A DNA stretch of 64,000 nt, taken from Sminthopsis crassicaudata (lineage: Eukaryota). The stretch is taken from assembly GCF_048593235.1 (NCBI RefSeq), contig NC_133618.1:514557675-514621674 (forward strand). Reading direction: 5' to 3'. The first letter of the stretch is position 1, and every line of letters begins with the position of its first letter. The notes beneath the pieces were generated by a model. That model had not been told where the DNA came from. It was given only the letters and a program-made list of their open reading frames with translations, and searched no databases. Positions 48,101 to 60,300 of this stretch are shown here, one piece after another. Made by a program: the position numbers and the translations under genes.

Positions 48101-51100
48101 GTGGAGGGGGCCAGCTCTTAAGAAAGAGGAGCAGAGCCCTGAGTGTGGGGCAGGGGATGGGTTAGGTTCTAGAATTCCCTCGAAGTCAGAATTCTTTTCT
48201 GAGGGGGGTGAAGAATGCTTTCCTTACCTTTGTCTTAATGAAGCCACCCCACCACGGGGGGTGGGGGTGTCCCCAGGCAGGAGAGGCCGAAGGTGCGTGC
48301 CCAGAGGAGATATTTTCAGCATTGCAATACTCGGGCACAGAGGTGCCCCTGCAGTGGCTGCGGTCAGAGCTACCCTACGTGCTGGAGATGGTGGCAGAGA
48401 TGGCAGGACGGCAGGACCCCAGCCTGGGTGCATTCTCCTGCCAAGAAGCCAAGCGGGCCTGGCTGGATCGTCATGGCAACCTGGATGAGGCTGTGGAGGA
48501 GTGTGTTCGAGCCAGACGCAGGAAGGTCGGGCAGGGTTGGGAGGGTGAGGAACCAGGGCCAGGGGATAAATTGGTACCAGGAAATGTTAATAAATGGAGG
48601 GTGGGATTGGAGTGGGGGCTGGGGTTAGGATGTCAGAACAAGTATTTGACTGAACTGGATATGCAAAACAAGGTTAAATATCAAGGTGGACCTTAGAATT
48701 TAGAGCTTCTGGTTTTTTGGTTTTCTTCTTTATTACTGTAAATATTAGGTTCGGGAGTTAGAAGTCCTAGGCTTTGGACGAGAGGAGGGAGCCTTGCAAG
48801 CACTCTATCAACACGGTGGAGATGTGGAGCGAGCCCTTACGGAGCTGCAGCGGCAGCGCCTAGAACCCTTCCACCAGCGCCTGTGGGAGGCCCCTGAGTC
48901 TAACCCTTCCTGGGATGGGCCTGATAAGCAGGTAATTGATGAGACAGCTCATGGGGAAGCAGAAAAAGCAATAAAGTTGTAATCCTGGAAAAGGCCAGGC
49001 CAGATGGGAGTATTCTGACAGATATTCTCCTTCTGTGCCTTCACATCCCAGAGTCTGATCCGGCGGCTCTTGGCAGTCTATGCTTTACCAAGCTGGGGCC
49101 GGGCAGAGCTGGCCCTTTCCCTGCTTCAGGAGACACCCAGGAACTACGAGCTGCTAGATGTGGTGGAGGCAGTTCGACATAGCCCTGATCGGGCCTTCCT
49201 ACGCCGACTGCTTGCCCAAGAGTGTGCTGTCTGCGGCTGGGCCCTGCCGCGAAACCGGGTACCTTCCTTTCCTTACTCTTGGTTGAGTGATGGCCCCTCA
49301 TGCTGCCAGCTTGTACACATTTTCCCATGAAATGATACCTTCAATCTCATGCCAGCCCAACCTCAATCAGGTGGATTTTTGGTATTCGTTAGTTCAGGGG
49401 AATCTTTGCTCTGTCCTCCCATTCCTTCAGATGTAGCGAGCCGGTGTCTTCCTAGTCAGGGCTCAGGGGATCAGCCTTCACCCAATCCCAGCAGCCTCGC
49501 TCTTTTTATATGGCTTATTGTCTCCTGACTTCCCCCTTCTCCTGCCCCAGATGCAGGCACTGACCTCCTGTGAATGCACCATCTGCCCAGATTGCTTCCG
49601 GCAGCACTTCACCATTGCCCTAAAGGAGAAGCACATCACAGATATGGTGTGTCCGGCCTGTGGGCGTCCTGACCTGACTGATGAGACCCAGCTGGTCAGC
49701 TACTTCTCTACCCTGGACATCCAGGTACCAAGCGAACCCAAAGTGGAACCCATGGCTAACGGGGTCCAGGGTTCCAGGTGGTTGGGGACCCTTTTCACCT
49801 GCCTCTTCTTGTTCTTCTAGTTGCGAGAGAGCCTGGATCCTGATGCTTATGCACTGTTCCACAAGAAACTGACGGAGCGTGTGCTCATGCGTGACCCCAA
49901 ATTCTTGTGGTGCACTCAGGTGAGATGCTGAGGAAATGGCCAGAGAGCACAGGGAAGCCAGGAAAAGATTGGTTGACAGGATGGAAAAGGGCTAATGACA
50001 TATCATAACATTTGCCTTCTTTCCCAACCAGTGTTCCTTTGGCTTCATCTATGAACGAGAGCAGCTGGAAGCCACATGTCCCCAGTGTCACCAAACTTTC
50101 TGTGTTCGTTGCAAGCGTCAGGTAAAGGGAAACAAGTCAAAGAGAGGCTGAAACAGTGGGGTGGATTAGAAAGACTGGGGAGCCGTGGAGCAAGAACTGG
50201 ATCATAGTTTTATTTGGGATTGCAAGTCTCTAGCTAAAGTTTTCCTCCTGTAGTGGGAAGAACAGCATCGGGGCCGGAGCTGTGAAGATTTTCAGAGTTG
50301 GAAGCGTGCCAATGACCCTGAATACCAGGCCCAGGGCTTGGCCATGTATCTGCAGGAGAATGGCATTGGTAAGGCCCTCTTCTGTCCCTCCTCTCCGAGA
50401 TACAAGCCTCTTCCTTCCTCAAAACACTCACCATTCTCTGCCATCATTGACCCACAAGCCTTTCATCTATCTTTGCCATTCTTACCCTTGTCAAGATGGA
50501 GAAATTCCTTGCTGTGAGTCAGCTTTGATAGCTTGCATTCCTGATGCTGTTTGTTCCCATAGATTGTCCCAAGTGTAAGTTCTCCTATGCTCTGGCCCGG
50601 GGTGGATGTATGCATTTCCACTGCACCCAGTGCCGCCATCAGTTCTGCAGTGGCTGCTACAGTGCCTTCTACGCCAAGAATGTACGTGGGAGATGGGAGG
50701 AGGGGGAGGAGGAGGATGGGGAATGGGATCAGACTACACTTGGGTTTGATTAGGAGGAAGTGATCGAGGATATGGAGAGTGGAGTTGAAGGGGTGGAGAA
50801 GTCATTATGCTGTTGAACTTCTTTCTCCATTCCCCCCACTACTGACTTCAGATCCTCTGGTTTCCCACCACCGCCCTAGACCTCATGAAGGGGGTTACTG
50901 ACGGCCAGAACCCAATACCTTCTCCAGCTTACTTTATTTTTCTCCTTGGGTTCCTATCAGAAATGTCCAGATCCCAATTGTCGGGTAAAGAAATCACTGC
51001 ATGGTCATCATCCTCGAGACTGTCTCTTCTACCTTCGAGACTGGGATGCTCTCCGTCTCCAGAAGTTGTTACAGGTCAGAAGCCTCTAAGACTAGCAGGA

Positions 51101-52521
51101 GAGGACCTCATCAGGAAAAATTTCAGGGTGTTAGGGTGTCAGGATTCCATTGTCTCAAAAATTCCCTCCATGAATCATTTTCAAGGCTAGGGGAGATAGT
51201 CTAAAGCAAGAAATGCAAGCTAGCTCAAACTTTCTCACTTGTCTTTCCCTTCCTAGGACAACAGCATTACTTTCAATACAGAGCCTCCAGCAGGAACCCG
51301 GGCAGTCCCTGGAGGTGAGTGAGGTTGTCATCTTGGAACCCCTGCCAATCTCCAGTTGTAGTTGCTCACTGAGAGGGGAAAGCCTTCTCTGTAGAGAAGG
51401 GGCAGTGATAAGAGTTATTCTATTATGCTTATAGGGTGAGAGGAGGGAGGGAAATGCTCCATAAAACCCTTAACTTTCTTGTTCATTAATTAGTTCATTC
51501 TTTGATATTAGCTCTCTAATATTTAAAAGACATTGTCCTAGGCACTATGGTCACTACGAAGAAGTATTCAAACAAAACCCCTGTCCTTTGGGAGTTTTTA
51601 TTTGAAAAAAATAAAACATGCACTATTTGAAATTTAATTAGCAGTCAAGATCTCACAAGAAAACATGCAAAAAGGCAAAATTAATGGCACAAAAAAAAAA
51701 GGCAAAATTAATGGCACAAAGTTTACTCTAAGGGTTGAAGAGTTGTGATGTTAATGGGGCGCCATTGATAATTCTGGATATTAATGCATTCCTATCATCC
51801 ATATTGGGAGTTAACCTTCCTTTGGATTTGGTTGAATAATATACCCATTATGCTTTGGGAGCAACTACCTTCCTTACATACTTTCTGCCCCCTCAGGTGG
51901 CTGCCGTGTGATGGAACAGAAGGAGGTTCCTGGTGGGCTTAAAGATGAAGCCTGTGGAAAGGAGACCCCCACTGGGTATGCCGGACTCTGCCAGTAAGTA
52001 CCAGGCTGGAAAGAAGGTCCTTGTAGGAAGGTACTGAGACTTGTGCACTGATTCCTTAAAGACTGGGTTCTGGAATATGCCCCCTGGGGACGGAGTGTGG
52101 GCAGAACACATAAGGTCTGATGATCTCTGGATGGTGAGGAGTTCCCGAAGTAGGCCCAATACCTTCTCTCCATCTCCCACCCCTCAGGGCACACTATAAG
52201 GAGTACCTGGTGAGCCTCATCAATGCCCACTCACTGGACCCAGCAATGCTGTATGAGGTGGAGGAGCTGGAGACAGCCACTGAGCGCTATCTGCATATCC
52301 GGCCTCAGCCGGCAGCAGGGGAGGAAGCCTCCAGCTATCGGACTCGATTGCTACAGGTGAAGAGATTGTGGAGGGCTCTCAGCTACTTTGACTTCCAAAG
52401 ATCCTCTCAGCCAACCTAGAATCCCTTAATATCTGGTTTTAACCCACTTTCCCATTTCCTCCTGCAGAAGCTGCTAGAAGAGGTGCCACTGGGCCAGAAC
52501 ATCCCCCGCAGGAAGAAGTAG
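45200..52521 (+). CDS. RNF31: E3 ligase RNF31/HOIP (LUBAC catalytic subunit): PUB, B-box, ZF, NZF1/2, UBA, RBR, LDD; about 1070 aa
   Basis: 21 exons: 45200-45394, 45606-45752, 46005-46160, 46390-46449, 46552-46627, 46880-47057, 47198-47597, 47820-48092, 48277-48525, 48749-48931, 49052-49258, 49551-49724, 49821-49919, 50032-50121, 50254-50368, 50563-50681, 50961-51074, 51257-51314, 51897-51993, 52188-52356, 52468-52521 (3213 nt). Catalytic motif [10 protein letters not shown] is intact. Confidence 0.96.
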
Positions 52522-52523
52522 CT

Positions 52524-52769
52524 GAGGCTGGGACCCTCAGGAAGGTCCCTGTACCCCCTCTCCAGGGGCTGGGACCCTCAGGAAGGCCCCTGTGTCCCAC
52601 CTCCAGGGGCTGGGACCCTCAGGAAAGTCCTTGTGTCCTACCTCCAGGGGCTGGGACCCTCAGGAAGGCCCCTGTGTCCCACCTCCAGAGGCTGGGGCCC
52701 TCAGAAGGCCTCTTATGTCCCACCTCCAGGGGCTGGGACTCTCAGGAAGGCCCCTGTGTGCCCCACCAG
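52524..52769 (+). repeat. GC-rich minisatellite, 6 x 41 bp, in the RNF31 3'UTR
   Basis: Units start at 52524, 52565, 52606, 52647, 52688 and 52729; consensus GGGGCTGGGACCCTCAGGAAGGCCCCTGTGTCCCACCTCCA. Confidence 0.95.
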
Positions 52770-52808
52770 TTCCCATTTCCTGCGGACTCCCACCGAAACT
52801 CCAGCACC

Positions 52809-52814
52809 AATAAA
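52809..52814 (+). terminator. RNF31 poly(A) signal AATAAA
   Basis: Lies in CTCCAGCACCAATAAAG, immediately after the minisatellite. Confidence 0.8.
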
Positions 52815-53299
52815 GGTGTCTCCTCTCCCAGCCTCCTTGGTGGTCCTTCTTATTAGTTCCCTCCAGCCAAGGGCATCTGGGGACTGAGGGTTAGAGGAAG
52901 GGTGGGCCAGAGAGAACCTGGAGGAACTTTGCTGTGACCTCTCTCCGGACCCCCCCACTGACGCTCAGGGCCTAGAGCAGTCGAAGATGCCGGATGGCCC
53001 CCTCTTCCCCACCACCTGCTTTCCCAAACCCCGGGGGTTTGTCCCGTGCCTAGCACTGTGCTAGATGCCCAGGTGGGAGGGAAGGGCTTAGGAAAAGCCC
53101 AAGATGCATCCCCCGGTCCCCATTCAGAACAATTCAGGCTCCTGTGGGAGCAAACTGCCAGATCTCTGTGGAAGTGCCCGCGCCTGGCGGTACCTGGCAG
53201 CTGGGCTCTGCTCTGCCCACAAACTCACTCCCGCCCATGCCCAGAGCCAGGGCCCAGAGCCAGGGCCCTGCACAGCTCGGCCTCAGCCAGCCTCAGACA

Positions 53300-53506
53300 C
53301 TTTTCCCAGGTCGTTGCTCCCCCCTGGTGGCGGCTGGGTGCCCTGCAGCTCCAGCCCATGTGATTTCAAGGAAAAGGAGGTGCCCAAAGAAAACGAAACT
53401 GGGGGACAGTAGGAAGGGGAGGAGAGAGAGAGAGACACCGTCGGGCAGCTGAGCTGTGCCTGTTTTCCTCGCTCTACCCAAACAAGGCACCTGGCTGCCA
53501 GCACAG
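53300..53506 (+). promoter_or_regulatory. IRF9 promoter and non-coding exon 1: GAS TTCAAGGAA (53365-53373), ISRE GAAAACGAAACT (53389-53400), donor CAG/GTAAGG at 53507
   Basis: Exact GAS and ISRE consensus matches; IRF9 is known to be interferon-inducible; exon 2 starts one base before the ATG. Confidence 0.75.
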
Positions 53507-54372
53507 GTAAGGCTCTCCCTCGGGTACCCGGGCTTTGCAGGAGAGGTCCAGTCAGTGGGCAGATACTCTGATTCTGGAGGAAGGTAGGTCAGAGAAAATC
53601 CAGTGGAAAGAGTGGACTTTTCGGGCCGGGCCTGGCAGAGGGGCCCAGCAAGGCTCGGCCTCTGTCCGAGGGAGGGTCCCTCCAGGGAGGGTTAGCCCAA
53701 GGGTAGATCACCCTCAGACCAGAGGACACCCTCAGCCTTTGTTTTTCTTGTCGCTAATGGTCCCCAGTCCTAGTGTAACTCCGCCTCCTTTTTCTTCTTC
53801 CTCTTTTCAGTCTCCCCTATTCCCTCCCCACCCTTTCCTGCCCTGGTCTCTGAGGGACTGCCAGGCCCTAGTTGAACTAAGGGGAGAGAATGAAGGGCCC
53901 CAAATGTGATTTGAGAATAAGAAACAGGCTGTGTAAAGGCATAGGTCCAGCCCCAGGAAATGCTATCATGAAAAATGCAAGAAGGGACCTCAGAAGCCTA
54001 CTAGTCCAACTCCTCCATTTTACAAATGAAGAAACTGAGGCCTCAGGGGAATAGGACCCTTGCCCACTGCCTCAGTGCCAGCCTTCTCTACACTGCACCA
54101 AGTTAGTCCTTCTGGCTCACAAATGGTGATTCAAGAGAAGAAAAATGATTTGATTCTCTTCCCTATGAATAGTGAAAATACCCTGACTCTAAATGCAGAT
54201 AGGAATTTTGTCCCAAATAGAATTGCCTAGTTAAATTAAATTAAAAATTTTTATATAATTTCTATTGTTGATGAAATACAAATGACTGAGTAGTTCAGAG
54301 GACTTCGTCCCAGAGTCTTCTGTGATAGTTCTCATCTTATTTCTGCTGATGTTTCCACTTAGTCCCTCCAGA

Positions 54373-57300
54373 ATGGCATCTGGCCGGGCTAGATATACGC
54401 GAAAACTTCGGAACTGGATTGTGGAGCAGGTGGAAAGTGGGAAGTTCTCCGGAGTCTGCTGGGAAGATGCAGGCAAGACCATGTTCCGCATCCCCTGGAA
54501 GCACGCAGGCAAACAGGATTTCAGAGAAGAACAAGATGCTGCCCTCTTCAAGGTACCACACAACTGAGGGTCCTGACCTGGGCACGGAGACCTTCTTTTC
54601 CAAAGACCTGAAAGGCTCTTTTCTGAAGAATCTGAAAACAGGTGTTAGGGACACCTGGAAATTGCCTTTTCTTACAACTGGGTGGTGGGAAGCCTGAGTA
54701 TTTTCCATATTGGTTATGTTCCACTTAAGGGGGTGGATCTGTTAAATGGTTAAATGTATTAAGTTGATGGGGACCTCGGTGATCATACCCATCCCCTTCC
54801 TTCCTTCTCAAGGCATGGGCAATATTCAAAGGGAAATATCGAGAAGGAGACCAAGCAGACCCTGCGGCTTGGAAGACCCGCCTTCGGTGTGCCCTCAACA
54901 AGAGCCCTGAATTCGAGGAGGTCCCAGAGCAAGGCCACATGGAGGGGTCTGAGCCCTACAAGGTGTACCGGCTCCTGCCTCCTGGCACTCTTCCTGGTGA
55001 CTACTGCCCCCCATGCTCCCTAGCTCCCATTCTTGGAAGCAGTGTAAGAGGTGGGTGGGTGGGTGGAAGGCATCTGGGGAGGGTTCCTTTTCCTAGCACA
55101 GAACTTCTAGGAAATAACGAGAGTTAAATTTTTTATAGCAATTAGGTTTACAAAGTACTTTACTCCTTGTGAGGTGGGTAGTGTAAATAGCCTCTGTTCA
55201 TCTCATAGGTGAGGAAACCGAATCTTAGAGAGGTGGGAAGGGACCTGCAGAGCCAAGGGTGGCACTCCCAGACCTCCCATCTTGGTATTTTTTGCTCTTT
55301 GCAGATCCATCCTTAACTCCCTCTCCAGGTCCTGACTCCTTCGGGGCTTCCACAGCCCCACAAAGGACCCAGAAACTTCAGCTAAAGAGAAACCACAGTT
55401 TATTGTCCTCAGAAGAAGATAATGTAGAGAATAAACGGAGTTGTATCCTTATTGAGCCCTCTCTGAAAAACTCCCCTGGAATCATGGTGAGTCCCAAGGG
55501 GTGGGCTGTAAGGGAGGGCATGAGCTTGGCAGCCCAGGTTTGAATCATAGGTTTTAGGAGAGGGAATATCCATTACTGATTGAGCCATTTTTTGACCTTA
55601 GGTACCAAGTGAGGGACCCAGCAGCAGCTTTCAGCATATGGACGATTCTGGTATTGGGAGCAGCAGCAACAGTCCTGAGTCCTGTGAAGGTAGATTCCCT
55701 GCTCCCTTCCTCCTTCCAACCAAGACAGTCCTTCTAGAGCCATACCACCCTGAACTCACTTAATCTCCTTTGGTATGCTTAGTCCTGACAGCCTGAGTGA
55801 TCTTTCAAAAGTCACTAATCTCTATGAAGTGTAAAATGAGGGTCCTAGGTTATGGGACCTCTGAATGTCCTTCCAGCTCTAAATCTTGATCCCATCACCT
55901 TAATGAAATTTCCAATTAGTCCTTAGGTTAGGTTGATTTTTTCCTGCCTACTTACTGGAACTTTCTCTCCTTTTCTTATATATTTGCTGATTCTACTGAT
56001 ATCACTTTACAAGATGATCCAGAAATTCTCCAGTTTCTTCCTCTTTCAGATGCAGGTAAGTAGACTCTAGAGCCATGGCCTTTCCTTTCTGTGACCCATC
56101 CCTACTCTCCTTGTTTTGATCTGTTGTTTTTTTTTTTTAGAGCCCTTGTGTGTTCTACCTTCTAACCTTTCCTTTGGGACATCTCTGAAGCCAGAAGCAA
56201 GTGATTCCCTGAGTGATTTTGATTGAGGTTTCTGAGAAGGTCTTTCTGCTCTATTGAACAAGTTTTGAGTGATAAACAATGTCCAGGGAGGGAGAGTGTT
56301 AAAAAAAGAAGGAAAGTTTCTTGAGAAACATTAAGGGATCCCAAAAAGATAATCAACAAAGAAGACTAGCTAGTATTTATTAAGGACATTCTGTGTTCCA
56401 GATACTGTGCTAAATCCTGGAGATATATATAAAGAGAGGCAAAAAATATTCCCTGCTCTCAAGGAGCTCACAATTTTCTGTGGGAGATAATATGCAAAGA
56501 ACTATGTGCAAACAAGATATATTCAGGATATGCTGGAGGTGGTTTCATGAAAGGTGCTAAGAGTAAGGAAAATGGGGAAAGATGTCATTCAGAAGTTGGA
56601 ATATAAGCTAAGACTTGAAAAAAGCCAGGCAAGCTACAAGGTAGAGAAGGGAAAGAAGAGAGTTCCTGCCTTGGATAAGAAGCAGTGAAAATACTTGAAG
56701 TTTGGATATGGAGTATCTTCTGCATGAAATAGTAAAGTAGCTAGTCACACTAGATAGAGAGTACTTGGAGGAGAATAACATATAAGGAGACCAGAGAGAT
56801 AAGAAGGACTTCCAAAGCCAAATGAGTTTAAATTTGGTATTCAGCCAATAGACAACTACCAAAGTTTGTTGAATAGGAGGATGACATGGGCAAACCTTTC
56901 CTTCAGGAAAATCAATTTGACAATTGAGTGGGAGATTGATTGGAGTGAAGAGAGAGTTGAGACAAGAAGACCAACTAGCAGGTACGAAACAGTCCAGGAA
57001 TAAGTTAATGAGAGGCCAAACTAGCATAGGGGCAGTGCCAGAGGAAAGAAAGGGTATATGGGATATGACAAATGTTATGAAAGTCAAATTGACAGGGCCT
57101 GGCAACTGATGAGATATGGAATGTGAGAGGATGAAATGTTAAGGATGTCACATAGGTTGTAAGCCTGGTGACTGGGAGGATGGTGGTACCCCTACTTCCT
57201 AATAAGTTAGGAAGACAGGAGAGTTTTGGAGAAAAGATAAAGAGTTCAGTTTTAGGTATGTTGAGTTTACAGTGTCTACAGCATGTCCAGTTTGAGTTGT

Positions 57301-60300
57301 TGAAGGTTAGAGATGTTGGGCATAGGAGATTGGAGATTGTGAGAGAGGTTAATTCTAGACATGTAAGTCGGAGAGTTATCTGCAGAGAAATAATTGCATT
57401 CAAGGAAACCAATGAGATCACTAAATGAAATAGCAGAGAGGGAGAAGAGAAAAGAGTACAGGACAGAGCCTTGAGGGGCATAGCATGACTTGGAGTAACA
57501 CCCAGCTAAGGAAAAAGAAATGGTCAGATGGTGGAAGAACTAGGAAAGAGTGATGTATCGAGTAGAAGAGAGTGATTGACTGTCAGACTGCCAAGACTTC
57601 CAAGAAGGAAGAGGACGGAAAAAAGGTCATTGGATTTGGCAGCTAAAAGATCATTAGCAGCTTTGGAGAGAGCAGTTTTGGTGGAATGATGAGGTCATAA
57701 GCCAGAGTGGAAAATTAAGAAGAATCATTAAAAAAAAAAAAAAAAAAGTGGAGACACCTCTTGTAGACATCCTTCTCAATAAGTTTAGCCACAAAAGGGA
57801 AGAGGAAATATTGCACAATAACTAGTGAAAATGGATGGGTCAAGTGAGGGTTTTTTGAGAATGAGGGAGATGTGGGAATGTTTGTAGACAGTAAGGAAGC
57901 AGATAGGAAGAGATTGAAGGCAAATGAGAGTAGACATGAAAAAGGGGGGCACATATTAGAGAAGATGGGTACAGTAAGATCACTTGTACAGGTTTGCTTT
58001 CACAAGAAGTTCCATTTCTTTAGATGAGATCAGAATGAAAGAGAGTAGCAAAAGATATCTGTGTGGTGTGAGAAAAGGAATTGGGAGAAGAGAAAGCTGT
58101 CTGCAAATGGCCTCAATATTTTACTGACATGTGAGGCAAGGCTGAACTGAGAGAACTGGGGGAGAGGCTTCCATAGGAGGTAGGTCTCTTAAGAGAAGAC
58201 TAGGTAAAAGGAGATGTGTTCTTGGAGCACTTTGGAATTGGACAATTACTCCCTAATTTGATAGAGTAGGAAAGCAAAGATTAGAGTTGATTTGTCCTAG
58301 GTCATATACCTGTCAGGGTTGGGACTGGAAACCTAGATTTCCTAACTTCACTTTCATTACTCCTTTGTCACAAGAGCCACCTGCTAGTGACTGCTGAGAT
58401 CTAATTCTGACCAGCAGAATAGATCATGTCATGTGAGAGGATGATAATGATACAAGGAGACTGAGAAGCAGTTGCACTGAAGGTCTCTTGACCTCTTACC
58501 TCTGATTTATTTCCTCTGTATACCGAATATATATTTTCTAAGCACAGCAAGGTTATTATTATTTTTTAAAAAGCATATATTCTTTCTCAAGCAACATCTG
58601 CATCAGTAAATGTGTTTTATGATCTTTAGACAGATATTTCTGACTCTTTGGGTTATGTTGGTCTTTCCTTGGGCTTGCTAGCTTTACTTCAAAGATTGTA
58701 AAAACAAAATATTCCCTTAGTCTCTCTAGTATGCTATGTTTCACAGCTGTGGGGGCTTCACCCTAATGGTACAGTCCCCTTTGACCTTTTTACAGGCTTT
58801 GTGGATTCCACACTTAAGTCCTCAACACTCCCTTGTCTAAGATCTCAGTGCAGATAATACATTCATCTGTTTGGACCTATTCACTTTCCTGAATTCCAGT
58901 TTCCAGATCCTTCCACCTATTGGACTTCTCCCCCTGAATATCTCTGGTCTTTTAAATTCCACACTCAGGGGCAGCTAGGTGGCACAGTGGATAGAGCACT
59001 AGCCCTGAATTCTGGAGGACCTGAGTTTAAATCATGTCTCAGACACTTACCACTTCCTAGCTATGTGACCCTGGACAAGTCACTTAACCCCAGCCTCAGG
59101 GAGGGAAAAAAAAAATTCCACACTCAGCATGTCTAAAACTAAAATTTTCTTTACCCTGCACACACACATTTTTTGTCTCAACTATTCTATTTTGGTATCA
59201 CTTTAGTGGGATTATTTTTTACTTGCCTCTCCCTTTCAGCTTCCATATCTAATCATTTACCAAGTGCTGTTGACTCCACCTTGACAGTCTCTCTCACATC
59301 TGTTATCTTTTTATTCCAACTATACTATTCCTCATTATCATCCATATGAACATATACAATAGCCTTCTGAAGGTTTCCCTGACTGCCTCCTTCCTTTAAC
59401 CCATTTCTTCATATCTTGATCAGAACAGGCATTCTTGAGATCTTCAATGGTTCTTTGCTGACCTAAGTAAAGTTTACACTTCAGAGCTGGGTATTCATCT
59501 TGCTCCTTCCACAATCTGATACACCCCACTTCCAGACTTATTAAACATCTCTTTCTCTTCCTTGTGGTCTTTTCTCTGGTCAAAAGGGAATATTCTGCCT
59601 CATGCTTTTCTAACTTGGTACTTTGTTCATGGTATTTCCTTCTAAGTCTCACAATCTCTTAGTCCCTCTGCCTATTGAGTTCCCGCCTATCCATTAAAAC
59701 CTTATTCAGATGCCATATACTCAAGGAAATCCTTCTTCCTTCTCCAGTAAGTAAAGTTTTTTTTCCCCTTCTTACCATTTAGCACTTTGCATCTTTCTAA
59801 TGTACTTATAACCATAACTATATATTATACCTTTGTGTATTTGTGTCTTATCCCCCTAAAGACTATGAGAGCAAAGCACATATCCTAGCTAATCTTTTTC
59901 CACTCAAAGTTTCTAACACACTATTCTGCACAAGATATGTTTTTGAGGATAGCTGAATACTTATCCAACCCTAAAATGCTATAGAATTTGAAATTATTGG
60001 TATTATAAGTGTTTCTTGAATTAACAAACGGTCAAATTACTGAACCTCTTCAGCCTTCCTTACTATAAAATGAGGGGGTTAGACTAGGTAACCTTTTTCG
60101 ATTTTAGTGCACTAGTGTGTTGTATGTTGTAGCATGATGTATCTTTTTTCCCCCTCTCTCCAGATTACTCCCTTTTGCTCACCTTCCACTACAGTGGGCA
60201 TTTGGTCGGAAAAACTGAGGTGAATAGCCCAGACTTCCGACTTGTAGCCAAATCTTCAGGATCCCAGAGTACCATGGAGCAGGTGGTGCTCCCTTCTGCC

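Noticed and set aside
52524-52769. Regularly spaced repeat superficially like a CRISPR array
   Set aside because: Head-to-tail units without unique spacers, in a mammalian 3'UTR; it is a minisatellite.
57005-57481. 158-aa minus-strand ORF in an IRF9 intron
   Set aside because: Remnant of L2 ORF2, not a nested gene.
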